From Macrostomum lignano (lineage: Eukaryota): a stretch of 64,000 bases of DNA. The notes beneath the pieces were generated by a model. That model did not search any database. It was given only the letters and a program-made list of their open reading frames with translations, and was not told the origin of the DNA. The DNA lies in contig NIVC01002925.1 of the NCBI GenBank assembly GCA_002269645.1, positions 1-64,000 of the forward strand. The letters are read 5' to 3'. How positions within the stretch are numbered: the stretch's first letter is position 1; each line of letters begins with the position of its first letter. A program made the position numbers and the translations under genes. Below, piece by piece: positions 1 through 13,971 of the stretch.

Positions 1-1290
1 GGAAGGCTATAAAAGGAGGCGGTTTTCGGCATGAGAAGACTCAACTTTTGCCCACCTTCGGGCTCCTAGTCTTTCTTTAGACTTGCCGTCAGACTGAGTT
101 CTGACCCATTCGTCTATAAGACGAATCCCTGCCGGTCTGCGGTCTGATACCGCCAAGTTATCTTCAGCTCCCCAAGTGAGGCTCGCCTATTGGCCAGCGG
201 TCTGACACCGCCCAGCATCATCAGCTTCGCCTGATCTACACCAGCGCCTCGTCGCTTCAGCGCATCGCCGCTTCACTGTCCGCCTGACTGCAGCCTACAG
301 CCACCCTCGGTCACTCCGTCTCTCTCTCTCTCTCTCTCTCTGTGCAGCTGCCGGTAAGTTCCTGTTACTGATTTGTGCTCTAATTGCCTTTGCTTATCCG
401 GGGTTTGCCTATTTTCCATTGTCTGATTAGAGGGCTGAGCCAGTTGTGATACCGTACCTTTTGCTGTATTTTTACTCAATAGTGAAGCCGCCTAATTGCC
501 TGGTTATTTGCCTAAGGGCCTAATTATTAACTATTAACTAACCTCATCATTATTCACTCTTTCACCATCATTTCACTCATGGCTTGCTAAGCCTTTCTCC
601 CGGGGTGGCAAAGCATAGGGAAGTTTGGGTAAGTTAATGGCCTCTCCCCGTGCAAAGCTCGTCTGTGAGTGCGTGCTGCGGGGCCGTGTGTGCGTGCAGT
701 AGAGGGATTAGCGAGTCTTGGCACAGAATGGCAGTAGGAAGGTTGCAACCCCCATGCTGACGCGTCCCTTCGCCCTGAGCAATCTAAACTAGAGACAGTA
801 GATGTTCGCCTCATACTACTCTTAGTAATCAAAGTCGCAAGTCAGCCTCGCTCACAGCCACAAAGGATCCCCTGCTGAGAAATCCTCCAGATTGAGCCCA
901 GAGTTCCCGATCATGCCCCAAGCAGAGTCCCTGTACTCGGCTGCATGTGTCTCCCCTGTTAGCCTAAATCTCCTGGTAACCACCCCAGGCGGGGCTCTAG
1001 CCTCGAGAGGTCTGGTAGAAAGATCCAGGTGCGCCAGGTCACATAGAGTGGTGGCAGCCTTTGCTGCAGGTTTTGCACCTTGGCTGCAGGTGGGGTCCAT
1101 GTGGGTCCTTGGCCCTCTGGTCACGAAGCACTACCAAAGCTATCAATCATGTGGACGGGACAGTCTGGTGCTGGAGGTCCGTCAGGTCATTGCCCGGTCA
1201 TAGGCAGCCTACGGTCATTGCCCCCTCTCTCGTCTCCCCCCCCCCTCGTTCGTCTCTCTACGGAGCGGACAGGCGACAAGGGCGGTTACA
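1..1290 (+). mobile_element. Possible LTR (or LTR-element end) lying downstream of the last visible R8 exon
   Basis: TATAAAA at 8-14; the segment ends in GGTTACA at 1290, resembling the TGTAAC...GTTACA termini of LTRs, and is followed by A/ACA-rich sequence. No retroelement protein motif was recognised and the partner terminus is outside the window. Confidence 0.3.
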
Positions 1291-1498
1291 TCAGGTTTAA
1301 AAGCACAACAAAAAAAAAAACAACAACAACAACAACAGCAGCAGCAACAACAACACAACGACATCATCATCTGTATCACAAGCTATTTAGTCAAGTGGAA
1401 ACTTATTTTCTAAGTTTCTGTTGGGCTATAACAAACATTTCAGATGAGTTAAAGGGCCTTTCTTTATCCATTCAATTTCAAATTGAAATGAAACTCAC

Positions 1499-3717
1499 AC
1501 AGCACGGTAACGAAGGTTGAAACTCGAGTGGAGTTCACCTGGCAGGTGTAGCTGCCGGAGTGCTGCCGCAGCGCCCTGTTGATCCGCAGCTCCGGGCCCG
1601 CACTGCAGTTCCCATCTGGTTGGCACAGCTGCATGCCGCTTGTGTTGTTACCAATGATCTCCGAACCATTGAAGTACAGCGTGCAGCTCACTGCAAAACT
1701 GTCGTTCTCGGCTGCTGTTTGCGCATGCGAGGATGCTGAAAATCAACACGTTATGGTTGCTTTTTGTCTATTAATTGTATTTAAATATGGAGACAAGCAA
1801 TGACACTCAGCTCACACAGCACTGTGACGGAAGTTGACTCTGCGGCAGAGCCAAGCTGGCAGGTGTAGAGGCCAGAGTGCTGCGACTGTGCCTTCACAAC
1901 CGACAGCTTCCAGGTTTTCGTGCAGTTTCCGTCTGGTTGGCACAGCTGCAGCTGCCTTGAGTTCGTGCTCAACTCCGTGCCGTTGCATAGAATGCACGAG
2001 CAGCTCACGTTAAAGCTTTCGTTTGCAGCAACAAGTTGGTCTGTCGATGGTACTGCAAATCAAGTCATATAAATTTATACTTTAATGCTATAATGCTATT
2101 TACCGTGGAGTTTCTCGTGTCATTCATGACCCATGAAGGCCAGCCCCCAATGCACAGAGAGTGCACAAGCCTGATGACTAGAAAGTCAGGCCAAAGCCCA
2201 CAATATTATCAGATATTTTCATGCCACTTTTGAGGCTTCTCTGGTCTTCAAGTGCTTTGGGAAAGTCCACAGCCTCACCCAGGCGCACTGTCTGCAGCGT
2301 CAGATCTGAGACGCTCAGATAGCCGTAGTCTCTGGCTGAGAAGCTCAGGCTCACGTTTCTCCTGAGGAGCAGATACCGGACCTGGGATGTTGCACTCAAC
2401 ATTTTGAGATCCGGGTGAGATGAACTAATTAAGCACATAATCTCTGTAGCATCAATGCTCACCTCTGCAAGACAGTCCACCATGTAGAGCCCATTACGTG
2501 TGCTACTCATCGACCTATTTGTAGTGACACCGCAACGCTTCAACTGCTCAGGTACTTATTAAACTGTTTGCTCATATTTTTGAGTTGCAGTGATTGCCAG
2601 AAAACAGTTGCTCCTCTGAGTTCGAAGTCCAGATCTCGATGCCAGCTGAGCTGCGGAACATTTCAGCATCCGAGAAGACTGAAATTATTGGCCAGATCAA
2701 CGAGATTGTAAAAATACCGGAAGAAAGAGGGTTTCAGGAATGCTGCAGTGATTTAGTTTCATAAGCGAACCGATGACTTTAGGGTTAAATTACAGCATCC
2801 AGCTTAGACAGTCAATAAAAAGCAGCTGCTGTTTTTTATGAAATCAACCAACTAGCCAAGAGTCCTGCTTGGACTCAACCGCAGGGACATCAGGCCGTGA
2901 CCATGGACCTCTCGGTCATGGCTGTTTTGCCAGGCATCGTTACCTTCAGGAAAAATCCGTAGCGAGGAATGATGCCCTTTCTGCCTCTCCGGTGTCGAGA
3001 ATGCGGAGCACTTCATCTGTGAATGCTCCGCCTTTACTCAGGACAGGCTTCACCTACCTCAGCCCAAACTCGGACCTCTCCGACGTTTTCAGGCCCGAGA
3101 ATCTCTGCCAGCTCGTCCGCTACCTAAGGCTACCGCGCTGCGGACACTGGCACCACCGGGATCTCCCTGCAGAACACCGCAGCACCAGCTTCCCTGGTCG
3201 CCAGGGGTTCGCAAAATGGGCGGCGACGCCTCGCTGCATCCGGATGCCCGGACTCCCTGAAGCTATGTCAAGTAAGTTAACCAACTAGTCAATCAGTGCT
3301 TCATAAAACTGGTCTGTGGTGTAACTCACCCTCGCTGCCCTTCACTGTCACAGAACCGATGAGCACTGACTCACTCAGCTGCACAGCGAACCAGTGAAAT
3401 CCGCTATCGTTAAAATGCTTTTTGTCATTGCTGTGAATGAACTGAAAACTTTGGCTTGTGTTCAGAACATTGCTCTCATTCAGCTGGTCTCTCTCGTGAA
3501 AGCAAGAATAGAAATAAGAGGACTGCCAGGCGTTGAGTACAGTCTTGTTGCGAATCGGCACCCCACCTGCAACATAGGAACTTGAGAAGTTAGAAATCCA
3601 TTTCGCTTGAAAAAACACCCTGGAGGGTTTAAAAAGCTTTCACTCACAGTCGCAGAGACAGGTAGCGATGCAGAGCAGAGCCCCTAACAGGGATATCAGC
3701 GCTGCAGCTTCCATCAT
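1499..3717 (-). CDS. Receptor R8 (5' part): signal peptide - FTP-like lectin - Ig x2; continues or is truncated beyond the left edge; frameshifted as assembled
   Basis: Exons (minus): SP 3717-3648 ([23 protein letters not shown]); lectin 3566-3330 ([26 protein letters not shown]), 2678-2463 and 2381-2279 (VRYLLLRR...LSVSDLTLQ); Ig 2052-1816 and 1735-1499. All have GT-AG ends and matching phases except 2678-2463 (216 nt), which is 2 nt short of frame (two apparent 1-nt deletions). Confidence 0.8.
2860..3285 (+). mobile_element. 5'-truncated non-LTR retrotransposon 3' end in an R8 intron
   Basis: [12 protein letters not shown] followed, after a frameshift, by [18 protein letters not shown]. 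This matches the TGH + C-x2-C...H-x4-C C-terminus seen in the 15.3-16.1 kb LINE fragment; ends near a TAAG-like tail. Confidence 0.6.
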
Positions 3718-4829
3718 GCAGACACTTGCTGATCACTTCAAAGCAATTCTGTCGTTAGTACAACAAGCGCAGCAAAAAAGAATCCATTTTGATCTTGTGT
3801 CATGGCTTTTGTATTTGGCTGCAGAAACCATTGATGCAGGGCTGCAGTCGCAAGTTCTGTTCCGGCAGGTGGTGACTACAAGTTCCATCTGTGTATAAGA
3901 CTGCAAGTTGAAATAAAATGTTTACAAACTCTCTGGCTGCAGCTTAGCCAAACCAAGGACTTCTAGATAATAGAAGTCCTTGGCCAAACTGAACTTGGTT
4001 TGAATAAGCGACGAAAATCATATTTGGGTTTCTTGGCTCCGATGGGGACTGAGTTTGCTTGGCCGTCTCTGACTCTGCAGGTGTCGCGACTTTCCTAGTC
4101 ATTTCTTAGTTCACCTCTCTCTCTGAGGCTTTTCATATTACCAATTCCAGAATCAGAATCGGTTCGGATCTTCCAAGAAAAACAGCAGTATAACTATTTA
4201 ACTCTGTTGAATGTTTGACTGCCTTAACAACCTCACTTAGCACAATTTTTCACTTTCTTCTTGGCGATTGTCATTCAATAATAAAAACTTTATAGCACGT
4301 ATCTCCCTCTAGTTATGGAGACAAAAAGTTATACTTCACAAATTGGTTCTGGTTCTGGAACCAGAACAAGCAATATGAAAAGGCCCTCTGTCTAGCTCAA
4401 TCTTGTTATTCTTATCTCTGTCTCCCTCGCCGCCTTCTGATTGGCTCTCCAGTCTCCCTCCGCCCCCCTCTCCTTATTATTCTGGGCTCAACCCCCCAAA
4501 GTTAATGTCTGGTATAAATACCATTAAATATCGGTTTGGGCCCTGCGCCCACTTACTCCTCCAATTTAACTCCAGTATAGGAATTGCTGAAATAGAGTTT
4601 TCTTTTGCATTTATGCAATGCATCGTTGCTTAATGATGAAACTTTTATTAAACTATAACTCAATAATTTCAAACAGACAGGAACAGCTGAAATTTCGCCT
4701 GACAGAGCTCTATTTGGAATTCGGAAGTGCAAAAATCCAGATGCGAATTTAATGGTACACTGTCTCAGTTTACTTGTCTTTGTACATGTACTGCAGATTA
4801 TTACTACTTTAGGTTGACACGCTGGCGCT

Positions 4830-5550
4830 TTTTCTATTTGTGCTGGTACCGTACGAGTACTGGGTGCTGAGAACCAGACTGCCTGAGTCGGACGATGGCA
4901 ATGGCTTCATGCTTAGACGTCGCATGAGTCGGAGGCATCCGGAGAAGCGTCTTTGTGTGCTCGGCTACGTGGATGACCTAGCGTTGCAGTGTCTTCAACA
5001 GTCGAAGGCGCCCAACGGCTGCTGGATGGCTTGACGAAAGCGGCAGCGATGGTCGGCCTCTCACGCTGCACGCGCAGAAGTCTTCACTATGCCGCTGGAC
5101 CTGCCGAGATGCTGTCAGGAATGAGACCCCGCTTCCACACATTTTGTATACCTCGGCGAACTCGTGCCTGATATCGCCGTGACTTGAGGAGACGCCTTAC
5201 GCTCGGTGCACTCGCAGTGCTGCGATCTGAGGCTCTGGATGACGCGACCAGGGCTCAGCTGTTTCGGGCAGTCGTCGAGACTGTTCTCTGCTCTACGCCG
5301 AGCACTCTGTGATGCTGCGCTCTCAAGCTGGCTCAAGCTGGCTGGCCACGTCATCCGGTCGAAGAGTCGCTGCCGTGAGCCGTTACACGACCTGCTAGGT
5401 CAACGTCAACGCTACGTCAACGGCGTAGGGTCCGCGGAGACGAAGCCAATGGCAAACGACGCGCTACCCGAGCTGCTTCTGAAGGATGCGAGAACCCCCG
5501 TTCCGACTCTGACTGGAGGAGATGAATTTTTGAGAAGTGCGGCCCAATGA
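4830..5550 (+). mobile_element. Degraded LINE reverse-transcriptase fragment
   Basis: RRRMSRRHPEKRLCVLGYVDDLAL (YxDD core) and, in another frame, LFRAVVETVL; multiple frameshifts. Confidence 0.6.
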
Positions 5551-6063
5551 CGTGTGTTCTGACACCTCCCCCCTCTGTGACCACTTGTGGCCGGCAAGAG
5601 GTGTATATTGTTGTTTTTTAATATAATTTAGTATGAAATTAGGTATGGTAATATAAATTTGTTTTAAAAAGTCTTGGACCAATATTAAACTGTTGAAAAC
5701 ATCAAATGACCTGCAGTGCTTAGCTTTTAGACTTTAGGCTAGATATGATGTAGCTTAAGGCACAGCTATGTTTAGCATTGGCTAATACTATATATCATAT
5801 GGTTTATTGGAAAAAAAGTAAATTGTGAATAAATTCTGAAAAAAGCTATCAAAAGAATTTTGCTTCCGCATCAAACAGATCAGGTGATATTGGTAATTGA
5901 ACTGTCGGCTTCAAAACTGCTTTACAGTATTCGGGAGTGTTGCGTCATTATTTCTTATGTGTATTAAGCGCAGTAAAATAAAATATATTGGCCTATGTGT
6001 ACGGTAAATCTAGCTCTGGGATAAAACACATCCTCATGAACTGAGAACAATAAATCGAATTAG

Positions 6064-7259
6064 GCTCAGGAAAGGATAAGGATCAGGATCAGGATAAGGA
6101 TCAGGATCAGGATCAGGATCAGGATCAGGATCAGGATCGGGATCAGGACAGGATAAGGAAAAGGATCAGGACAGGATCAGGATCAGGATCAGGATCGGGA
6201 TCAAGATCAGGACAGGATCAGGACAGGATCAGGATCAGGATCGGGATCAGGACAGGATCAGGACAGGATCAGGATCAGGATCGGGATCAGGACAGGATAA
6301 GGAAAAGGATCAGGATCAGAATCAGGATCAGGACAGGATCAGGATCAGGATCAGGATCAGGACAGGATCAGGATCAGGATCAGGATCAGGATCGGGATCA
6401 GGACAGGATAAGGAAAAGGATCAGGATCAGGATCAGGATCAGGATCAGGATCAGGATCAGTATCAGGATCGGGATCAGGACAGGATAAGGAAAATGATCA
6501 GGACAGGATCAGGATCAGGATCAGGATCAGGATCAGGATCAGGACAGGATAAGGATCAGGATCGGGATCAGGACAGGATAAGGATCAGGATCGGGATCAG
6601 GACAGGATAAGGAAAAGGATCAGGACAGGATCAGGATCAGGATCAGGATCAGGATCGGGATCAGGACAGGATAAGGAAAAGGATCAGGATCAGGATCAGG
6701 ATCGGGATCAGGACAGGATAAGGAAAAGGATCAGGATCAGGATCAGGATCGGGATCAGGACAGGATAAGGATCAGGATCAGGATCAGGATCAGGATCAGG
6801 ACAGAATAAGGATCAGGATCAGGATCAAGATCAGGATCAGGATCAGGATCAGGATCAGGATCAGGATCAGGATCAGGATCAGGATCAGGATCAGGATCGG
6901 GATCGGGATCAGGATCAGGATCAGGATCAGAATCAGGATCAGGATCAGGATCAGGATCAGGATCAGGATCAGGATCAGGATCAGGATCAGAATCAGGATC
7001 AGGATCAGGATCAGGATCAGGATCAGGATCAGAATCAGGATCAGGATCAGGATCAGGATCAGGATCAGGATCGGTATCAGGATCAGGATCAGGATCGGTA
7101 TCAGGATCAGGATCAGGATCAGGATCGGTATCAGGATCAGGATCAGGATCAGGATCAGGATCAGGATCAGGATCAGGATCAGAATCAGGATCAGGATCAG
7201 GATCAGGATCAGGATCAGGATCAGGATCAGGATCGGTATCAGGATCAGGATCAGGATCA
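6064..7259. repeat. (GGATCA)n hexamer array with GGATAA/GGACA variants
   Basis: Read directly; explains the poly-IL ORF 6796-7260. Confidence 0.97.
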
Positions 7260-7279
7260 CTTTGCCAGCTTGAAAACCC

Positions 7280-10200
7280 TCAGGTCACGTAGACACCAGT
7301 AGCATCCTCCAGGTTGTAACCAGAGTTCTCATACTCCATGGCAGCAGAAGCGGCAGCAACCGGTGCTCCAGATCCAGGCGTCGTGGATCGATCAGACTAA
7401 AGCGCAAAGAGTTCGAACTTTAGCTGTCACAGTTTGAGTCGACTGTACAGATTGAGAAAACCAAAGCTTACCATTGGAATAGTTTGTTTTGTCCACGACT
7501 TATTTACTCTGAATTTGATGACTGAAAACTGAATTTAGCAGATGCAACACGGCAGTTTAGAGCACAGAGACGGAAAATATCATTTAGAGAGAGGGGTTAC
7601 TCACCGAGACCAAGACAAGCAAGAGCACACTTAGCAGAGCAGTTGCTGTTAGAAATCCGTACAAGAACTGTGAAATGTACATGCGTAAGGACTGCACATC
7701 AGGTTTGATGAGACCTTTGTGATTGCCGCAGCTGTAGCAAGCTGAGGCCCTGTGCTCAGCCTTGAACCGGATCTCCGGCGGCAGATTCTGCACTGCGCTG
7801 CACTCGATGAGGCCCACAAGCCACTCTGAGCTCAGCTTCCCTCCGATCGCCAGTGCCCACGTGCTGACCCAACCGTCGCCGCTCGAGCTCTGGAATTGAT
7901 GAAGCTCGCTGGTCAGCATGTCAGCGCGTAGTCACTCATAGTGTGAAAGTGCAAAATGCAAGCGACTCACAAATGACAGCTGCGTGAGGTTTCGCACTTC
8001 CAATCCGCCACCAACAGCGCTGCATCTGTGCTCGGGCACTGGTAGAGATGCAGACGATGCGAACTGTACCAATACGTCGGATGAGTTCTCGCAGGTTGGC
8101 AGATTGAGTACAGAAATTGATGCGCTTGATGGCGGGTCTGTGAGCATATTAAAAAGGGGAATGGAGTTCATCAAGTTCGATCAATAAGCTTTTCAGTTAT
8201 CTGATGGTTTTTATGATTTTTTCAAACCTATTTAGGCCGTGGATCGATACGTATTGAATACCGTACCGAAGATGAATAGAAGTTACTCCACATCATTTGA
8301 GTGCAAAAGTCTATGTGAATATTTTGAATATGTACACATCTCCATCGATCGTTCTACACTGGTTGGTGGATCCAATAATGGCGTCCGAGAGAGAAACCAC
8401 CCCTTTGACAATCCGTTTCCCTTTCCGGACTTAGTTGACATACCCTGTAAGGATAAAAGGCTAATAGAAAGGTGACCTGAAATGCAGCCTGATCTGCTGC
8501 CGTTGAAGGCTGCTCCTACTGCCACCAGTCAGCCTTAAGCTTGCACTCCTTGTGAGCATACACTGAGAATTTTGTCCCAATCTGTGTACGAGAGGAGTCC
8601 CAGTGCAACGCTGCTGTAACCAAATGCTAATCAATCGACTGTCATCCAGAGGCCGGAATCAACTTACAAAACACCGTTAAGAACTTTGAGCTCCGCGAGC
8701 TGCCCAGCTTGCACGTGTAGTTTCCATGGTGCCACAGCTGCGCCCTGTGAATGACGGCTTCAGCTTGTCCAACGCAGCTTCCGTTTGGAAGGCAGAGCTC
8801 CAACTTCGGTGAGAATTCGGTTCGACCGTTGCAGTCCAAAAGGCAGCGCACTGAGAATGCTGAGTGCTGCAGCACCGCCTTGGGGCTCTCGACTTCTGAA
8901 ATGCAATGATTTGAGACACTTTTGAGACGAACTTCAGTCATTTTGCATGTACTGCTAGCGCTTCAACTTAGCACACATACCAGGACTTGGACACAATTCA
9001 TGACAGCCGAGAAATCTTACTGATTTTCCCAGTCTGAAGCCTCAGGTCAGCAAAGCTCATGTGCCCGTCCGTGTCTTTAGACACGTTTCTTCGCAGGAGT
9101 AGACTTCGGACCTGCAGTTTAAATGCTCATCATTTCAGGTTGCTTTAAGAGACCATAAGACTCAAATCACTGCAGATATTTGAAATATTTTTACCTCAGC
9201 AACGCATTTCACGTGAAACATTTCTCCATCTGCGACGTCTCCCTGCTTTTTAGTCACGCCGCATGGCCTCCAAAGGTGCATCGAATTTTTAAACTGAAGG
9301 CCCATATTCCTGATGTTGCAGTTATCCCATGGATCAGGGAGCTGCTAGAGTTGGAGGTAAATATTTCAATGTCCTTTGCTCGATTATAATTATATATCAC
9401 ACCGTCTGAAAATAAGATGAGGAGTTACTTTTGATCTTACTGAAACATATTACTGTACGGTGGAATCTTCAGAGCAGGAGACTCAGTCTTTACAGAAGCC
9501 TAAGGCAGAAAGAAGAAGTAAGTTGTCTTTCACTCACCCTCTCTGCCCTTCAAAGTCACAGATCTGATGATCACTGGCTCATTCAGCTGCACGGCGAACC
9601 AGTGAAACCCGCCGTCTGCTTGGCTTCTGTTGGCGCTGTGGAAGAACTTGTAGCTGGTTTGCCTGTTGCTGATGATGGAGGCTTCGTCTGCCTGATTCCT
9701 GCTGTGGAAACACGTCGGACCATCGTCGAATGATGACTGCCACGAACTCAGAATGCGACTTCGCCGAATTGGGAACTCACCTGATGAAGGCGAGTTAATC
9801 GATTGAGCAACATTGAGCAACATTGAGCAACACTGAGCAACACTGAGCAACATTGAGCAACATTGAGCAACACTGAGCAACATTGAGCAACACTGAGCAA
9901 CACTGAGCAACACTGAGCAACACTGAGCAACACTGAGCAACACTGAGCAACATTGAGCAACATTGAGCAACATTGAGCAACATTGAGCAACACTGAGCAA
10001 CACTGAGCAACACTGAGCAACACTGAGCAACATTGAGCAACATTAAGCAACATTGAGCAACATTGAGAAACACTGAGCAACACTGAGCAACACTGAGCAA
10101 CATTGAGCAACACTGAGCAACACTGAGCAACACTGAGCAAAACTGAGCAACACTGAGCAACACTGAGCAACACAGAGCAACATTGAGCAACACTGAGCAA

Positions 10201-13200
10201 CATTGAGCAACATTGAGCAACATTGAGCAACATTGAGCAACATTGAGCAACATTGAGCAACATTGAGAAACACTGAGCAACACTAAGCAACACTGAGCAA
10301 CATTGAGCAACATTGAGCAACACTGAGCAACACTGAGCAACATTGAGCAACATTGAGCAACACTGAGCAACACTGAGCAACACTGAGCAACATTGAGCAA
10401 CACTGAGCAACATTGAGCAACACTGAGCAACACTGAGCAACACTGAGCAACATTGAGCAACACTGAGCAACATTGAGCAACACTGAGCAACACTGAGCAA
10501 CACTGAGCAACATTGAGCAACACTGAGCAACATTGAGCAACATTGAGCAACACTGAGCAACACTGAGCAACACTGAGCAACACTGAGCAACATTGAGCAA
10601 CATTAAGCAACATTGAGCAACATTGAGAAACACTGAGCAACACTGAGCAACACTGAGCAACATTGAGCAACACTGAGCAACACTGAGCAACATTGAGCAA
10701 CACTGAGCAACACTGAGCAACACTGAGCAACATTGAGCAACACTGAGCAACACTGAGCAACATTGAGCAACATTGAGCAACATTGAGCAACACTGAGCAA
10801 CACTGAGCAACATTGAGCAACATTGAGCAACACTGAGCAACATTGAGCAACACTGAGCAACACTGAGCAACATTGAGCAACACTGAGCAACAAGATTCTG
10901 AAGGCGGCCTACTTTCTACTCACAAAGAACAAAGACTTCTGTCTCAATCTCAATGACGTCATATCTGCAAGTATAAACTCCGGAGTGCATTGCCTGAGCT
11001 CTGTCCACTTGCAGACTTGAATTTGTCAGGCAGCTCCCATTCGGAGGGCACAGCCGGAGGTCGCCACCCAGTGGACGGTCTGAGCACTGCGATGCATTTC
11101 CGCAGTGCAGAGAGCAGCTCACGGTGAAGCTTGCGTTTTCGGAAACTTTCTGGCTCGGAGATGAAGCTGGGAATTTAATAAAGTTCAGATTCATAAATTT
11201 ATTCAAACTGAGCCTATTTCTATTCTATTGAAATGGAAGTTCTTGGTGGAAAAAATCTCCGTGTCCTATCGAATGCATCCTTGCCATCTTTAGTGAAAGC
11301 ATTTTAAGCTAATCAATGACTCACTCAGAACAGCGACTTGAAGTAATTTTGACAGATGTTTCACATGAGCAATGTGGATCTGCTGATTGTGTCGGCAGTC
11401 CCCACTTGGAGTGCACAGCTGCTTAAAAGTACGAGTAGAATATCGACCCTGAGATGGATTTTTCTGATCATGTTCATACTCATACGTCTTCATCCAAGCT
11501 CAAGTCGGAACTCCTACCAGAACTCTGCTCTCTTACTTGGTCACATTTTTTGCCTTGCATGCAGGAATAAATCGCCACACTCATTGCTTTCTACTTGTTG
11601 TAGCGAGCAACTCTAGCTGGTTGTTGCGAGTGCATAGTTAGCCACTCAAAAAGGTGGAGAAATAGAATGTGGCTGTGTCTGTATATTAACGAGTGTTGTC
11701 TGGTAGAACACAGATTACCAGTTCATTGAGTGCGCGTTGGGATGTGCTCGAGCAGAGGGAAGTGGATAGGCTGGGTGGGGGTCACGGAGTGCAAACTATA
11801 GGTGCCCGAACTGCCTGCTTAAGCATGCTACACTTGTCAATAGAGAAACTCTTACTTTTGTACAAGAATGAATCTGGAGACTGATCACTCACTGATCCAC
11901 AGAGAAACTGATCAGTTCTTGTTCAAAAACTGAGAGTGCAAGAAAGTGTAAAATGATCTGAGCAACTTACACAGCACAGCAACAAGTGACGGTATTTCCA
12001 GTGAGCCGAACCGACACCTGTAGAGACCGGAGTTCGATGGCCTGGCACTGGCAATGCTTATCGAGCTCTCGGCTGAGCAGCTGCCGTTCGGGTAGCACAG
12101 CTGAGGCTGGCGGAAATCAGCTGAGCCCGCATGATGCAGTACGCAGCCCAGGCTGAGACTGGAGCCCTCAGGGACCACTTGATGCGGCGTTGCAGCTGTA
12201 AAATAACAAACAGGAATGACTTCATTTGTCAGCGATGTACATGCAGACAGTGACTGACCATTCAGGTGCAAAGCTGCTACTCACAGAGAACAGCCACACT
12301 TGTGACAGCAACCACCTGTCCAATGCTGCAGTTGTAGTCTCCCGATTGTGTTGGAGTTGCCGCTGGGATCTGCAGACTCGTCTGTGCTGTGCAGGTCTTG
12401 TTGGGGCGACACAGCAGCAGCTGTCCGACAGCAGCGGAGTCTGCGCACTGAGCTGCATCGCCGCCTCCGCAGTGCAGAGTGCAGTTCAGCGTGAGGCTGG
12501 AGTTCTCAGCAACCACTTGGTTTGGTGATGACGCTGGAATGCGATACGAAATGGCATGATCAAGGTCTCCGTAATATAAGCTGTCTATATTTAATTTATA
12601 GGAACATTTTAACTGTAACAGGCAGGTTAATATTTAAGGAACTAATAAGAGCAAACTCAAACTACATCAGGCTCTCACATAGGATTGTGATTGAAGACGA
12701 TTGATTTATCGAGCCAATGCTGCAGGTGTAAACTCCAGAGTGCGATGGCTGAGCTCTGTCGACCTTCAGCTCGTTAGTGGCGGTGCAGCTGCCGTTTGGT
12801 GAGCACAGCTGCAGCCTGGCTGAGTGTGTGCTCAGGTGATCAGCTCCATCGCATTGCAGAGAGCAGCGAACTTCAAAGCTGGACTGCTCTGCCACCAGTT
12901 GAGGGCTTGAAATGTCTGAAAGCGAGATGTTTGGATCAATCAAGCACTGATAAATCTACCCTAGCAGTCTCGGTTGAAAAACTTACAACTGTACAGGCTA
13001 AATGGTAAAAGGGAACATGCTAGAATCTTCTTGTTTGAGTACTTCAGGCAAAGGGGAGTATCCCATCTCAGACAAAATTAGAGGGCTCAATAACTGTTTT
13101 TTTCGCGTAATCAAAGAAGCAAACATTTGAGAACAGCTGCTTTACTCAGCGGGAGCGTTTGAAGCCGCAGGTCCGCAAAGCTCATGAAGCCGTGGTCAGT

Positions 13201-13971
13201 TGAAGCAGCTGTAACGTTTCTTCGCAGAAGCAACTGCCGCACCTGAAGTGGTTGCGTTGGTGTTGCGAAATCGGTTGCGATGGTTACCAGATTTCGCTCC
13301 AAAACTCACCTCTGCAACGCAGTTCACTGTGAAGATCTCCCAGCCGCGATCTGTGAATTGTTGCTCTCCGTGACCCCACACAGTCTCCAGTGCTGCTGGG
13401 ACTCTCTGAACTGGCTGCTCATGTTCCTTGATCTGCAGTGATCTCCTGAGAACAGCTGACTGCTGCTGTCTGATGTCCAGATCTCAATGCTTCTGGCTCT
13501 TTCAAAGACATGCGATGCTTTATCTGGAATGTGAGAGCACCGTGAGCAGAGACAGCTGGCTTGGAGCCCGCATTTGAGTGAGTGACTCACCGCCTCTGCC
13601 CTTCACAGTCACAGATCTGATGAGCACTGGCTCATTCAGCTGCACTGCGAACCAGTGAAACCCGCCGTCCGCCTCGCCCTGCCCTTTGCTGTGGAAGAAT
13701 TTGTATCTTATATTGTTTAGTAAGGAATCCTCACGCGACCTGCTTCGTTGGTAGAAACACGTGGGTTCTCCAAAGATGATTCCAAAGGACGACTGCCAGG
13801 TGCTCAGCACGCGGCTCCAACGAATTGGGAACTCGCCTGCAAGTTGGAGCAATGGGGATGAGCAGTGCTCTCTGTCTGCGATTACAACAAGCCGGCACTC
13901 AACTCACACGTGTCAGTCGCTCGTGCGCAGAGCAATGCCAGCAGCAGCAGTAGCAGCAGAGTCAGCTTCAT
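7280..13971 (-). CDS. Receptor R7: SP - FTP - Ig x4 - FTP - Ig - membrane-proximal domain - TM - class II (YEN) tail; three 1-nt frameshifts as assembled
   Basis: Exons: SP 13971-13908 (MKLTLLLLLLLALLCARATDT); lectin 13836-13591, 13523-13310, 13242-13146; Ig 12915-12679, 12533-12285, 12195-11971, 11166-10924; lectin 9780-9538, 9405-9195, 9111-9021; Ig 8895-8668; DPPSS exon 8137-7971; exon with TM (FLYGFLTATALLSVLLLVLVS) 7889-7605; probable tail 7396-7280. Exons 13523-13310 and 9405-9195 are each 1 nt short (GGG where GGGG would keep frame; R4 has GGGG at the second site); the tail has one extra A. Confidence 0.82.
9802..10891. repeat. 10-bp minisatellite (CTGAGCAACA/TTGAGCAACA), about 109 units, intronic in R7
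   Basis: Read directly; fills the intron between an Ig exon and the second lectin; gives the spurious LLSVAQCCS ORFs. Confidence 0.97.

Noticed and set aside
9530-10893. Long LLSVAQCCS ORFs fused to the lectin exon (also 41676-42344)
   Set aside because: Translations of an intronic 10-bp repeat; a proper CAG acceptor starts the lectin exon at 9780 and at 41926.
13585-13595. RGD at the R7 lectin exon junction as an integrin ligand
   Set aside because: It is simply one variant of the family R-x-D position and is not conserved in paralogues.
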